Shown here in pieces: positions 30,701 to 39,554 of a DNA stretch of 64,000 nt. Positions within the stretch are counted from its first letter, which is position 1, and each line of letters begins with the position of its first letter. The notes below the pieces were generated by a model, which saw nothing but the letters and a program-made list of their open reading frames with translations, did no database searches and was not told where the DNA came from. Origin of the DNA: Candidatus Eiseniibacteriota bacterium (GTDB taxonomy: Bacteria; Eisenbacteria; RBG-16-71-46; CAZAMP01); the NCBI GenBank assembly GCA_965224245.1, contig OZ245046.1:6272001-6336000 (forward strand). The letters are read 5' to 3'. The position numbers and the translations under genes were made by a program.

Positions 30701-31417
30701 GAGATTGTTCTGATGGACGACGGCGTGCCTACGAAGAGCATCCGTCACGTGTTCTCGACGACGGCCGACTTCGGCGGCGACGTTCAGGTCCCGGTAGCCG
30801 CGGGCCAGGAGTTCGACTACGCGATCGACGTCGCCGGAGAGTTCGCCGAGAAGTACGGGACGGCACCATTCATCGTGCGGCTTCTGTTCCGGAGCGAGGC
30901 GGACTACGCGGAGGACGGAGATGGGACTCGTACCGCCGACGTGTGGCTCGATGTGGTCGAGACGGTCGAGACGTCCCCGAACGCGGACGGCGTCGGCGAC
31001 GCATGCGACAACTGTGTCGCGCGCTTCAATCCCGATCAGTTGGACTGCGATGGAGATGGCGTGGGCAACGCCTGCGATCGGGATGCGTGTGTGACCATGT
31101 CGGCGTCCTCACCCGTCGGGCAAGCGCCGGACGTGCCGAAGGCGTTTGCGCTCCACGGGAACCGACCCAATCCGTTCAATCCACGCACCCGGATCGCGTT
31201 CGACGTTCCGGTGACGGCACGAGCGCGACTGACGATCTACGACGTGTCGGGCCGGCGCGTCACCGACGTGTTCGACGACGTCGCGGCCCCGGGCACATAT
31301 GACGTGACGTGGAACGGCCGGGAGTTCGATGGCACGCGCGCCGCGTCCGGGGTCTACTTCTATCGGCTCAGCGCCCCGCACTTCACGGCAACGCGCCGGA
31401 TGGTGCTGTTGAAGTGA
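24797..31417 (+). CDS. Giant (2206 aa) secreted mosaic protein: SBBP propeller, HYR, helical region, PKD, three jelly-roll-like repeats, TSP3 repeats, CTD
   Basis: ENRGQ and LVIDP...TYLGG N-terminal module; SBBP repeats (SxDFPxT); DTTPP...TWTATDLAGN (HYR); IDWGDG (PKD); DNCPEDPNPLQEDSD and DGVGDACDNC (TSP3); CTD NRPNPFNP...WNG...SGVYFY. Confidence 0.9.
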   Translation: MCRVSPAQWAALGFTTFAAISAVAAPSGTKGPSNALAALYQPRLTENRGQIARRDVLFTCRWSNMAIAFEPGGMTIRMRGRPDGEERAVGRGQDVHVRFDGARSAVPIGRGERPGRAHYFHGSRGLWTNVRSFDELIYEDLYQGIDLVCRPSANGVKYAFHLDPGADPTRIEIRYDGIIGLRLDDDELVLQTPLGTIRDAAPVAFQTGDTLSCRYVLLDSNTCGFILDAWDRTQPLVIDPLLHATYLGGGNSDVANAVAVDDEGFAYVVGTTGSVDFPATPGAFDETIDSGDAFVAKLTPELDDVVYVTYLGGTADEQGVGVDVDDVGHAYVAGRTYGTDFPTTMGAYQTSGPQFGFVTKLSPDGSSLSYSTLFGTTGGGEITDLTVVDGRACITGHAFSGVPLVPVGRDEGVHAGGEDAFVAELEADGSAVRFSRYLGGTDRDEAFAITADDGGNYHVAAATQSDDFPATEAHISGFQERFESGYELGEGWAHDYSTNGEDQGWACGGAISWGAGVTAESPLEGAFSLEIGASAAEPCELEAVGSVNRTIVGSTDLSLRIELLSLPCSEGDGACYVEIALLDPANPTHRVARGFAHECDGGAVPVPNVTYVGPGDPTMYDVHIPYAEEFEAQWGAAPDEVIFRIRTVASWLEYPWPMLVHVRVDEIDAHRTLAGYRGARQAIYAELSGTAPPGGEIGDLVGAVAIPSEGGSEAHDVAVDPVRGAFVAGNCGGRIITTDGAYSSVHSGNEDGFVTGLVSATGEVLYSSLLGGEMKDRIEALTFDADGVLVLAGQSRSYVPFGSAGTFDAFVVRMDPAGNGATDLLSIDTLSGSSDDGVTDLATYTDAELGELIYGCGATMSSDLTLPPGGFDETPNGYDDAFVGIFSSCTAGSDTTPPVFEAPPDETLSASATCLTQYTNDGSELPALDDCTLRADIVIARSPDVDHLFPLGSHTLTWTATDLAGNSTVDTQQLTIVDDSKPTLSCPAAIYVDVGDVVASPGIATATDNCDGSGSSDDPGSPIAFSNDFPPGGISDAGLHIITWQATDTAGNTATCQQQIGVRAPPQLMIVANPDERWNDPYEIALMITNPSTNWFALTGATFTITENGVPASVDPLTFSIPGGVAAGPFSMRSYNKTWDWHGNCVLSYDDADLTDRFTYQVSGDVSSGSYTFQDVSSDAYPVDVTVDDENKNYHAMASGAFWIGIGFSADAVDWFFCSYCVGFCAPCYAVGGTFLAIQAVRLGLWGYYCDKASDPPDGAGRIAGGWLHRSDPDYTELVELDYPDVDIPEWHDDLSREGVELVQHELDVYAGMEAYTGTHAKLLGAIDASEAGDPEADAYILIQGERLLAYGDFVSEHLGVLGADRVSLQDEMDLAGVEFTLEEVTDFQADVAANGLPEEELAVFVALGWTADDIADLEAQIVALDPQGVVDAALVDPDLDAAEQAVGDQHETTAAETIPDAVFVVSITNPITDIELAPGHEVSVSAVMVDSLAPPIVETRVFLDDVLVATVVPFDWTPLLADVGVHEIRVEGEDAGGNIAFDTVGITVTTHPPVVFAGPDEFIPPGTTFELDAAFSDSDYLETHTVEIDWGDGTIETPPVSEEHDPPIGSGSIVAGHDYPGAAGTTYTVTVTVTDSGGLLGVDTADVTLDVDTDADGLLDMVDNCPEDPNPLQEDSDRMDAFEDDFESADLAGWTFDHATDGQQSGSSCAGSWIAEAITDVPLQGTASARLSAEVVTDCGETVQAAIDARIDGATRLAFHLAVDRLDPNTYLEVTATNVATPSEEVVHVFATSDLGLGDVNVVVMEGDELDYVAEIGDVFAAKYGAVPDLVSVRFVAAALPPGSARAGTGRLLPETIDVRVDEVFARRLTLVDRFEAGDFDPEWGFGYSTNGAQSGTHTIGSWSSTVEPGGIEGAYSARVFAQSTHSASPWYLTAAIDRVVDGMSALDVRLRFDDIQGSGGTGRSHFEIVLMDDGVPTKSIRHVFSTTADFGGDVQVPVAAGQEFDYAIDVAGEFAEKYGTAPFIVRLLFRSEADYAEDGDGTRTADVWLDVVETVETSPNADGVGDACDNCVARFNPDQLDCDGDGVGNACDRDACVTMSASSPVGQAPDVPKAFALHGNRPNPFNPRTRIAFDVPVTARARLTIYDVSGRRVTDVFDDVAAPGTYDVTWNGREFDGTRAASGVYFYRLSAPHFTATRRMVLLK

Positions 31418-31756
31418 CGTCGAACGGCCATCGGTATCCTCGGTCGCTGACGCCGGACGGCGAGGGTGACGGGTCAGGGATGGACCCTCGTAGGTCGTGT
31501 CGGAAACGATGATATGGCTGTAGGTTACAGCCTGTCGTGGACACTGCGAGAGGAGCCGCTCTTCGGGCCGGCCGCGATCTGGTACCCACATGCCAGCCCT
31601 CCACACATGGCGACGCGAATGGTGCACATGCATCATGGCGCGAAGTCTCTCCACCCTCTCAACATGTCACCTCAGAGAGCGGATCGCGGGTCGCGAGCGT
31701 ACCGGTAGGACGGCCTGCGGCCCCGCGAGACTGAGGCAACTCGGAGGAGGGCGGCC

Positions 31757-32281
31757 ATGAACAGAGCACGCCTGGTCAGACTGATGCTTCCGGTGAGCAT
31801 CGTCGCCTCGAGCATCATGGCCTGTGGGGATGCTCCCACGCGTCCGCTCGGCAACGCCATGACATCGGAGCGACGGATGACCGATGGGGACGTGGTCGAG
31901 TCCGTCTGTGGAAACGCACATCTCGCTGGCGGGGAGATCGAGAGAACGGCGACGTTCGAGATTCGCAAGTACGCCGACGGACGCGTCGCCGGCTGGTATC
32001 ACGCCTTGCGTCGTGGACCGGGGGGCGCCAACATCCGGGTGAGAGTAGAGTGTTTGCACGTCGTGGGCGACCAGGCCTGGGCAACGGGGACCGTGTTCGA
32101 CGCGGTCAACCCGGACCACATCGGTCGGCCATACTCCTTCCGCTTCCACGACCGGGGCGAGGGGGAGGGCTCGATGCCGGATGAAGTCGGGGTCGCACGG
32201 TTCCAGGACTACGACTGCACGACCGAGCCTGACATCCCTCTCCGGGAACTCACGACGGGGAACTTGCAGGTCCGGGGATGA
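31757..32281 (+). CDS. Hypothetical lipoprotein
   Basis: GGAGG RBS, lipobox-like IMAC, codon usage consistent with a coding region. Confidence 0.75.
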   Translation: MNRARLVRLMLPVSIVASSIMACGDAPTRPLGNAMTSERRMTDGDVVESVCGNAHLAGGEIERTATFEIRKYADGRVAGWYHALRRGPGGANIRVRVECLHVVGDQAWATGTVFDAVNPDHIGRPYSFRFHDRGEGEGSMPDEVGVARFQDYDCTTEPDIPLRELTTGNLQVRG

Positions 32282-32300
32282 GCAGCCCGGCGGGCTGCTC
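32280..32300. terminator. Palindrome between convergent genes (possible bidirectional terminator)
   Basis: GAGCAGCCCG-g-CGGGCTGCTC. Confidence 0.45.
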
Positions 32301-32430
32301 GCGTTCCACGACCGAAGGGCCCGCGTGAGGTTGCTTCGTCTGTGGACACTTCGAGAATCCTCCGTTCTGACTGTCCCACTACCGAGCTCTCGGCTCGTAC
32401 CGGGTCGCCTCGTGACAGGGTCATCACCTG

Positions 32431-35052
32431 TCACGGCGATCTCATCAGCTTTCGCACGGCCTCGCGGCCGTCACTTCGGAGGCGGCAGAAGTACACGCCG
32501 GGAGATACTTCGGCGTGTGCGTCGTTCCGTCCATCCCAGTGCGCGACGTGGGGCCCCGCGATCCGGATCGAGGATACGAGCGTTCGAACGACACGCCCTC
32601 GTGCGTCGAACACCACGAGTTCGACGTAGCTCTCCCGGGGCAGCCGATACTCGATCGTGGTGCCGCCGACGAACGGACTCGCACCGATCGCCTCGAGGCC
32701 GAAGACCGGCGGCAGTGATCCGGGCTCGCCCGGCCCGCTGGAACGGAACGCACCCGCTTCGACCGTCGCCCCGTCGAGATCGTCCCGGAATGCACCGGCG
32801 GTGATTGGACCCGACCCGGCGGCTTCGTCTCGCACGAGGAAGTCCACCCACAGTAGAGGATCGGAGTCCACGACCCGCACCGATGACAGCGTGAACCCTC
32901 CGATGGTCACCACGCCCGGATCGTTCTCACGTCCGTCGATCACCGTCCACGCCTGCGTGGCGTCGGCGCGGCGGACACCCGTGAACTGCAGCAGGTCCTC
33001 CGGATAGGTGAGTTCGAGCCCGAAGGCATCGAGGTCCGTCGGATGCTCGGCCCGGATGGCCACCCCGATCGCGTCCGAAGGAGCGCCGCTGACCTCGTCG
33101 ATCGCGAGGACGGTCGGCTCGGCGGACGAACGTCCGGCTGGTGCGCAATCCAGCGGAGGCACGGCACCGTCCAGGTAGGCGAGGAAGATCGTGAGCCCGT
33201 CGGCCGGAGTGACGTCGCCGTTGCACGTCGCATCCGCGGCGATCGTGGCGCACTCGGTGTCGCACTCCGATCCGGACACCGGTGTCCCTCCATGCACGTA
33301 GATGTCGAACGCACATAGGGCGTCCTCCGGCGTGATGTCCTCGTCCGCCGTGACGTCGCCGAGTGAACAGGAACGATACGAGAACGTTCCGCGGCACAGA
33401 TTGAGTCCCTGGAGGTCATCGACCGGGCTCGTGATCGTGAGGGCGGACTCCTGGCCCTCCGCGCATCCCCCACAGGTGACCTCGAACACCACCGTCGCCA
33501 GCGAGCCGGAGCTGCCGACGGGAACCGAGGTGGTTCCGAATCCCCCCACCGTCAGCACTCCGGGCCATTGCTCCATGCCTTCGACGACCACGAAGTCTCC
33601 GGTCAGATCACCCGGCTCCACTCGCGCGAACGAAAGCATCGTGGGGTCGTAGCCGAGGTCGAGTCCGAAGGCGTCCACCGGGTCCGGGTTGCCGTCCAGG
33701 AGGATCTCTACGGCAACTTCGTCCCCGGTCCGCCCCGAGACGTCGGTGGGCCGGGTGAGCGGACTCTCGCACGCGGGATCCAGCTCGCAGGGAGCGGGGT
33801 CGTCCGGTCCGGGATCTGCGCCGCCATAGAAGGCCGAGTGCGTGACCGGTACACGGAAACGGTTGCGATCGCAGTCCAGGATCAGCGGCGCCGTGGCCTC
33901 ACCTTCAAACCCGGGCGGGCCGATGTCGATGCGACCGGGACCGGTCGCCGTGAACCGCAGGATCCCGACGAGAGACGGTCGCTCGGAAGGGACCGGGCAC
34001 GTGTCCCAGATCTCGGCGATGTCGAGCCATCCCGGCTCGCGCTCGACGACGGTCGCGCGATCCGCACAGTCCGCGATGAACGTCGCGTCGAGCGATGGAT
34101 CGAACCGCAGGGAATAGGCGACGACGTACAGGTCATCCACCTGTTCGGCTGCTTCCTGCAAGACAATACGCGCGTCCACCGGGCCGATGCCGTCGTACAC
34201 CTGATGGATCATCGAGCAGTCAGCGAGCTCGATGGGGCAGACGGCATCCACCTCGTAACCGATGTCGATCGACAGCGCCGGCCCCGGGGGCGGTGGAAGG
34301 TCGCGAACCACACCGCGAAAGGGGCCGACCACCTGGTAGGTCGTCGAATCCGACTCGCTCGCGTGGTTGAGAATCTCGGCGTCCAGCATGATCGAGAGGT
34401 AGTACGTCACGTCGTAGTCGAGCTCACCCGTCCACGTGGCGGTCGTATCGACGACGGAGCCCAGTCCGACCTGCGTTCCCGTGACATCCTCCCCGACCAA
34501 CACCTCGTCACGCGAGACGCGGAGCCTCCAGAACCCGCCGCCGCGCTCGGATATGTAGCCGCGGAGATCGACCGGGAGCGCCACGAATGCCGAGCCCGTA
34601 CCTCCCTGGACCCGAAACGGAACGGCCAGACGGGCGACCACCTCTGCCGCGCCGGATCCCGGGCAGTCCGATCCCTCACCGGACGTGAGCTCGGATGTCG
34701 CGACCACTCCGAGTGAGTCCCGGGACACACCGGCGCGACCGAAGGTCTCCGCGGTCGGAGCCACCGGACACTCGGGTCCGGTGTACGCCGGGCAGTCGCT
34801 GTCGACCCCGAGGAAGTAGGAGATCGGTAGGTCGCTGGTGAAGGGGATCGAGTGGTTCTCCTGCGTCTCGCAGGCCCGCACCCACACCGAGAGTGACCCG
34901 TACGCCGGGCGGTCCTCGAAGACGACCTCCGACCCGACGGCACCGGTCGCCCCTGCGAGCAGCCATACGCCGGCGAGCGTGCTCGCGATACAGACGCGGT
35001 ACGCGTCCGGTGACCGAACGGGACCGTCGTCGACGTTGAATCTCAGATACAC
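32431..35052 (-). CDS. Secreted protein with cohesin-dockerin-cohesin-like modules and CTD
   Basis: GTG 35052 follows AAGGAG. Two cohesin-like units (VDAFGLDLGYDPTMLSF; LDAFGLELTYPEDLLQF), a duplicated dockerin-like motif (GDVTADEDITPEDAL; ADATCNGDVTPADGL), and CTD VFDARGRVVR...WDG...PGVYF. Confidence 0.82.
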   Translation of the reverse strand: MYLRFNVDDGPVRSPDAYRVCIASTLAGVWLLAGATGAVGSEVVFEDRPAYGSLSVWVRACETQENHSIPFTSDLPISYFLGVDSDCPAYTGPECPVAPTAETFGRAGVSRDSLGVVATSELTSGEGSDCPGSGAAEVVARLAVPFRVQGGTGSAFVALPVDLRGYISERGGGFWRLRVSRDEVLVGEDVTGTQVGLGSVVDTTATWTGELDYDVTYYLSIMLDAEILNHASESDSTTYQVVGPFRGVVRDLPPPPGPALSIDIGYEVDAVCPIELADCSMIHQVYDGIGPVDARIVLQEAAEQVDDLYVVAYSLRFDPSLDATFIADCADRATVVEREPGWLDIAEIWDTCPVPSERPSLVGILRFTATGPGRIDIGPPGFEGEATAPLILDCDRNRFRVPVTHSAFYGGADPGPDDPAPCELDPACESPLTRPTDVSGRTGDEVAVEILLDGNPDPVDAFGLDLGYDPTMLSFARVEPGDLTGDFVVVEGMEQWPGVLTVGGFGTTSVPVGSSGSLATVVFEVTCGGCAEGQESALTITSPVDDLQGLNLCRGTFSYRSCSLGDVTADEDITPEDALCAFDIYVHGGTPVSGSECDTECATIAADATCNGDVTPADGLTIFLAYLDGAVPPLDCAPAGRSSAEPTVLAIDEVSGAPSDAIGVAIRAEHPTDLDAFGLELTYPEDLLQFTGVRRADATQAWTVIDGRENDPGVVTIGGFTLSSVRVVDSDPLLWVDFLVRDEAAGSGPITAGAFRDDLDGATVEAGAFRSSGPGEPGSLPPVFGLEAIGASPFVGGTTIEYRLPRESYVELVVFDARGRVVRTLVSSIRIAGPHVAHWDGRNDAHAEVSPGVYFCRLRSDGREAVRKLMRSP

Positions 35053-35357
35053 CTCGAGCTCCTTGTTCGGGTTCGCGTTCGATCGATGGGAGGACGCGTG
35101 AACGCGCAGCGGACCCGAAAGCGGCGGGCTCGGGTGCTCTACGCCTGCGGAGCGGGCGGGGATCGATGGCCCGCGAACACACTCACCTCCCACCCAGGAA
35201 CCGCAGAACGGGCGCAAAACCCATCAACGATCTGCGCCGGACGGCCTGGCGGCCGGGAGTGGTGGGCTCTCGGAGCTGGGGGAGCTTCCATCGCGGGTAA
35301 TACGTGTCTGTATGGATGAGTGGGCCGCCCAGGCGCGGTCTCGGCGGGCGCGGACCG

Positions 35358-37520
35358 TCAGCGTGCGACGACGACCCGTCGCACCGACGTGACTGCCCTT
35401 CGGTCGACGACGGCAGACGCCTTGACGTAGTACACGCCGGGTGGCACCACGCGTCCGTCGTCGCCCCGAGCATCCCAGGTCAGCGCTGCCGGTCTCACGG
35501 CGGTCGTCGGCTCGACGAGCGATCGCACGGCGCGCCCCGCGACGTCGAAGATCTCGACGCGAAGCGTGCGCACACCGGCGTCGACGAGCGGGATCGAGAC
35601 CGAGGTCGAGGCCGGTAGCGGCACGGGGCGACCCAGTCGGAATCCGGGCAGCGGCGCCGTCATTCCGGTGCCGACGATCGTGGGGCACTGGCGAGGCAAC
35701 GCGTACAGGAGCTCTCTCGCGACGAGGACCACGTCGCCGACGAGAACGGGCGTGTCGATCCAGAGACCCGGTCGCTGCCGCTGAAGACGCGGAGAGCTCC
35801 CGAGGAAGATCGGGCTCGAATCGGAGGTGACGTCGAACACGATAGCTCCCGAGTCGTGCTCGAGCGCGTACACCAGACCGTTGGCGAGATCGGCCGCGAG
35901 GCCCTGTGTGGCGCCCGGCGTGCTCGACACGTGGAGCAACTCGGGAGCGAACGGGTTGGAGACGTCGACGACCTTGAAGCCCTCGACGCCACCGGCCACG
36001 TACGCTCGATCTCCGGCCACCGCTACTCCGTCGGCCCACGTATCGACCCACCCGACCTCGGCGATTGCACTCGCGTCGGAGACGTCGAGAATGCGTAGCC
36101 CAGCCCAGCCCTCGGCGACGTAGGCGAGGGATCCCACCGGCTCGGTCTCCCATGCGGGTCCCGTCGTCGCAAAGCTACCGATCCGCGTCGGGCGGCTCGG
36201 AATGGACACGTCGTAGATCTCCAATCCGAAGCCGTTCGAGATATACAGTCGATCTCCGGCGGTGGCCAGGTCCTGGGCATAGGTCGGTACCGTGGTGACC
36301 ATGGCCGGTGCCGTCGGGTCAGACACATCGACCACATACAGATCCGGAGTCGCGTCCCACACGAAGGCCGTGGCTCCATTCACCGCGACCGCCACCGCCG
36401 GCTCCGCGGTCGGGAAGCTCCCCACGATCACGGGCGCCGTCGGATCGCTCACGTCCAGGATCGTGAGCCCGGCCTCGGCGTCGGCCACGTAGCCGAGCTG
36501 GTCCTGGACGACGATCTGCACCGCATCGCCGGGTGTGTCGAACGCGGCCGAGACAGGCGGCGACGTCGGCGACGAGACATCCACCGTGGCCAGACCGAAG
36601 CCGTACAGGTACGCCACACCGTCGCGAACCTGCACGTCCTCCATCCGTGCCCAGAGGTCCAGGTCTCCGATGAGAACGGGGGCCAGCGGATCCGACAGAT
36701 CGTGCACGGCGAGCCCGGGGCCCGATGCATACATCCGTCCCTCCTGAATCCGTAGGTGCGTCCCCCAGAACGGCTCGATCGTCGTCACCGAAATGGGAAC
36801 CGATGGGTCGCTCACGTCGAAGATCTCGAGCATCCCGACCTCGACCACGTAGAGATGGTCGCCATCGACGACCACGTCATGCGCCGTCGTCGTGGTCTCG
36901 ATGCTCGCGAGCAGGATCGGCTCGAACTCGAACGATACGTCGTAGAGGTTGACGTGCGTCTCGGCGGCGACGTAGAGAAGATCGCCGTTCACGAGCACTC
37001 GCGTCGGACGCCCCGGCATGTCGAGCATGCCCCAGTGGATGAGCGCTCCCGGTAGCCAGCGGGTGTCGAACACCATCACGTCGGTCTGGCTGCGTACCAC
37101 GTAGACGGCGTCGCCATGGGTCACGACGTCGACCATGTATCCGTAGTCGTTCGTCCAGTGAACCAGACTCGGCCACTCCGGATCGGAGATGTCGAAGAGC
37201 ACCAGCCCGGCGTAGGAGGCGGCGATCCAGGCCATGTCTCCGTCGACGTCGATGGCCACCGCATCTTCGCCGCCCGTGTATGCGTGCCGGACGAGGCGTG
37301 GATCCGCCGGATCGGAGACGTCGAAGATGGCGAGACCGTCGGTGCCGCTGGCTCCGAAGGCGTAGTTGCCCCGAAGCACCAGCTCGCGACCTCCGTCGTC
37401 CTCGAAGGTGCTGGTGATGAAATGAAGGTGCTCGGTGTAGTCGATGCATTCGGCTGCTGGGCTCGCGGTGGCGACCAGCCAGCCGAGCACGGGGAGCGTG
37501 GCAACACGAGATACTCGCAT
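35358..37520 (-). CDS. LVIVD-repeat beta-propeller protein with CTD
   Basis: ATG 37520 follows GGAGG; signal peptide; GLxIxDVSDP repeats; CTD IFDVAGRAVR...WDAR...PGVYY. Confidence 0.87.
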   Translation of the reverse strand: MRVSRVATLPVLGWLVATASPAAECIDYTEHLHFITSTFEDDGGRELVLRGNYAFGASGTDGLAIFDVSDPADPRLVRHAYTGGEDAVAIDVDGDMAWIAASYAGLVLFDISDPEWPSLVHWTNDYGYMVDVVTHGDAVYVVRSQTDVMVFDTRWLPGALIHWGMLDMPGRPTRVLVNGDLLYVAAETHVNLYDVSFEFEPILLASIETTTTAHDVVVDGDHLYVVEVGMLEIFDVSDPSVPISVTTIEPFWGTHLRIQEGRMYASGPGLAVHDLSDPLAPVLIGDLDLWARMEDVQVRDGVAYLYGFGLATVDVSSPTSPPVSAAFDTPGDAVQIVVQDQLGYVADAEAGLTILDVSDPTAPVIVGSFPTAEPAVAVAVNGATAFVWDATPDLYVVDVSDPTAPAMVTTVPTYAQDLATAGDRLYISNGFGLEIYDVSIPSRPTRIGSFATTGPAWETEPVGSLAYVAEGWAGLRILDVSDASAIAEVGWVDTWADGVAVAGDRAYVAGGVEGFKVVDVSNPFAPELLHVSSTPGATQGLAADLANGLVYALEHDSGAIVFDVTSDSSPIFLGSSPRLQRQRPGLWIDTPVLVGDVVLVARELLYALPRQCPTIVGTGMTAPLPGFRLGRPVPLPASTSVSIPLVDAGVRTLRVEIFDVAGRAVRSLVEPTTAVRPAALTWDARGDDGRVVPPGVYYVKASAVVDRRAVTSVRRVVVAR

Positions 37521-37781
37521 TCCGGCCTCCTCCGATCGGCGACGCCCCACGCTCATGGGTGGAGTCTGTCGAGCCATCTCCGGAAAAGCCGCACCAAGGA
37601 GAATTCTACACCAACGTACCGGTACCGACGAGCTGCTCCGGTGGCGACCGGGGAGACGATGCCTGCAGGCATGGGCATTCCAGGCCTCGTTCGGGTAGAA
37701 TCGGGCTCTCAGGACACCGGCGGAGTGGCTCGGGCGCGCCCGACACGATGGGATCGATGTCCTCCAGCCGAGGATGACCGC

Positions 37782-39203
37782 ATGAACAAGCTCCGACCCC
37801 TCGTCCCGCTGCTCATCGTCGGCGGGATGCTCCCACCGGCCTCATCTCGTGCCGCGTCGATCATCGTCCACGCCGATGGCAGCGGCGACTACCCGACGAT
37901 CCAGGCGGCCATCGATGCGGCGACCGATGGAGACGAGATCCTGCTCACCGATGGGACGTTTCGCGGCGAGGGCAATCGTGATCTCGTGACGGGCGACGAC
38001 GTGCTCACGATCCGGTCTCAGAGCGGAAATGCATCGGCATGTGTGCTCGACGCGGAGGGTGCCAGTGGCGACGAGCATCGCCACGTCGTCGTATCCGGCG
38101 CCACCGCCGACCTGCTGATCGGCGAGCTCACGTTACGCGGTGGGTACCACGAGCATGGCGGCTCGATCCGGTCCGAGGGGGACGCGCTCACGCTTCGGGC
38201 ATGCGTCTTCCACGGCAACGTCGGTCGGCTCGGGGGTGCGTTGTCGTCGTACCGATCGACGGTCCAGGTGAACGGATGCCGGTTCGACGCCAACCACGCG
38301 CTCGAGTTTGGAGGCGCCGTGATCGCCTCGGATGGGGGGCTCGACGTCGTCGACTCGGAGTTCGTCGACAACGTCGGCGAGGTGTTCGGCGGGGCGATCG
38401 CCATTTCGGGGTTTGCCGCAGCGCATCTCGAGCGGACCCGTTTCGAGCGGAACGAGAACACCCGGCAGGAGGGCACCGTCCTCATCGGAGGCGGCGCGAT
38501 CGGCGGCTGGGACTCCTATCTCGATGCGGTCGACTGCACGTTCGAGGAGAACGTCGGCTGGTGGGGTGGGGCGATCGCGGCGTACTCCACGCGGCTGACC
38601 CTGGATGGATGCACCCTCGTCGGAAACGAGATGCTCGACCATGTCGTGGGGGGTGTCTACGTCGAGGACCCCGGCCGCCGGGAGCGAGACGTACTCGTGC
38701 GCGACAGTCTGCTGGCCGGCCAGCTCGGCGAAGCTCTCCACACCAACGACGTCCCGGTGACCATCGAGGGGTCCACGTTCGCTGGCAACGCCGGCGGGGG
38801 GATCTCGGCTCGCAAACACACGTTCGTTGCGGAGCGGTCGGTGTTCCATGAAAACTGCCGAGATGGTGATGGGGCCGACATCCTCTTCATCGCCTGGCAA
38901 CCCGAGCTGTGGACGCCCGAGCTGCGGTGCTCGGTGGTTGCGCCGGGTGGGATGCACTACTCCGGGGGCGAGTTCCTTCTCGAGGACGTGCTGACCGACG
39001 ATCCGCTCTTCTGTGGTCCGCTGGACTGCGACGCTGCACCCACGACCGGTGGAGACTACACGCTAGCCGCCTCGTCGCCATGTCTCCCCGCACGGAGCCC
39101 GTGCGGCCAGCTCATCGGCGCGCGCGACGAGGGCTGTGGCGACGCCACCCCGATCGTGTCTCGAACCTGGGGACAGCTGAGGGAGACGTATCGCGAGCCG
39201 TAG
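37782..39203 (+). CDS. Secreted right-handed parallel beta-helix protein with TWG-type tail
   Basis: Signal peptide; VHADGSGDYPTIQAAID; FxxN...GGAI repeats; DPLFC...SSPC; ends SRTWGQLRETYREP. Confidence 0.85.
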   Translation: MNKLRPLVPLLIVGGMLPPASSRAASIIVHADGSGDYPTIQAAIDAATDGDEILLTDGTFRGEGNRDLVTGDDVLTIRSQSGNASACVLDAEGASGDEHRHVVVSGATADLLIGELTLRGGYHEHGGSIRSEGDALTLRACVFHGNVGRLGGALSSYRSTVQVNGCRFDANHALEFGGAVIASDGGLDVVDSEFVDNVGEVFGGAIAISGFAAAHLERTRFERNENTRQEGTVLIGGGAIGGWDSYLDAVDCTFEENVGWWGGAIAAYSTRLTLDGCTLVGNEMLDHVVGGVYVEDPGRRERDVLVRDSLLAGQLGEALHTNDVPVTIEGSTFAGNAGGGISARKHTFVAERSVFHENCRDGDGADILFIAWQPELWTPELRCSVVAPGGMHYSGGEFLLEDVLTDDPLFCGPLDCDAAPTTGGDYTLAASSPCLPARSPCGQLIGARDEGCGDATPIVSRTWGQLRETYREP

Positions 39204-39386
39204 ACCCGACTTTCCACTCCGTTCGAGATCCTCTGGCGGGCGGCCTTGCCCGTCGTGCCGGACGCGGCCGGGCTCACACCGAGGCTGGCGCTTTGGCCCA
39301 ACCCGTTCAGCTCGGTGGCAACCCTCGAGATCCTGTCGACCGCGGCGATCACGGAGGTCTCCGTTGAACCGGTACTGCTTCGTTGA
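39204..39386 (+). pseudogene. Partial CTD (N-terminal part), in frame after the TAG of the beta-helix gene
   Basis: Reads ...VVPDAAGLTPRLALWPNPFSSVATLEILST...*; lacks the DxxGR, WDG and GxYF parts. Confidence 0.5.
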
Positions 39387-39554
39387 GCGCTCATGCCGGG
39401 AACGCACCGCACACCCAACCCCGATGCTGCGTGCTGGTGAAGTAGCCGGAGACATTCGTGAGTCGAGCGAGTCGAACCGCGTGGGGAGCGTGAACGGTAC
39501 GTGGTCGAGCGCGACCAGCCAGGTCGCGGAGACAGCCGTGTGCTATCGTCCGAC

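Noticed and set aside
37116-37781. Extended N-termini given by the ORF track (also 126, 3477, 35217, 52576, 54347, 57603, 61645)
   Set aside because: Downstream starts have better RBS and signal peptides; the extensions overlap other genes or look non-coding.
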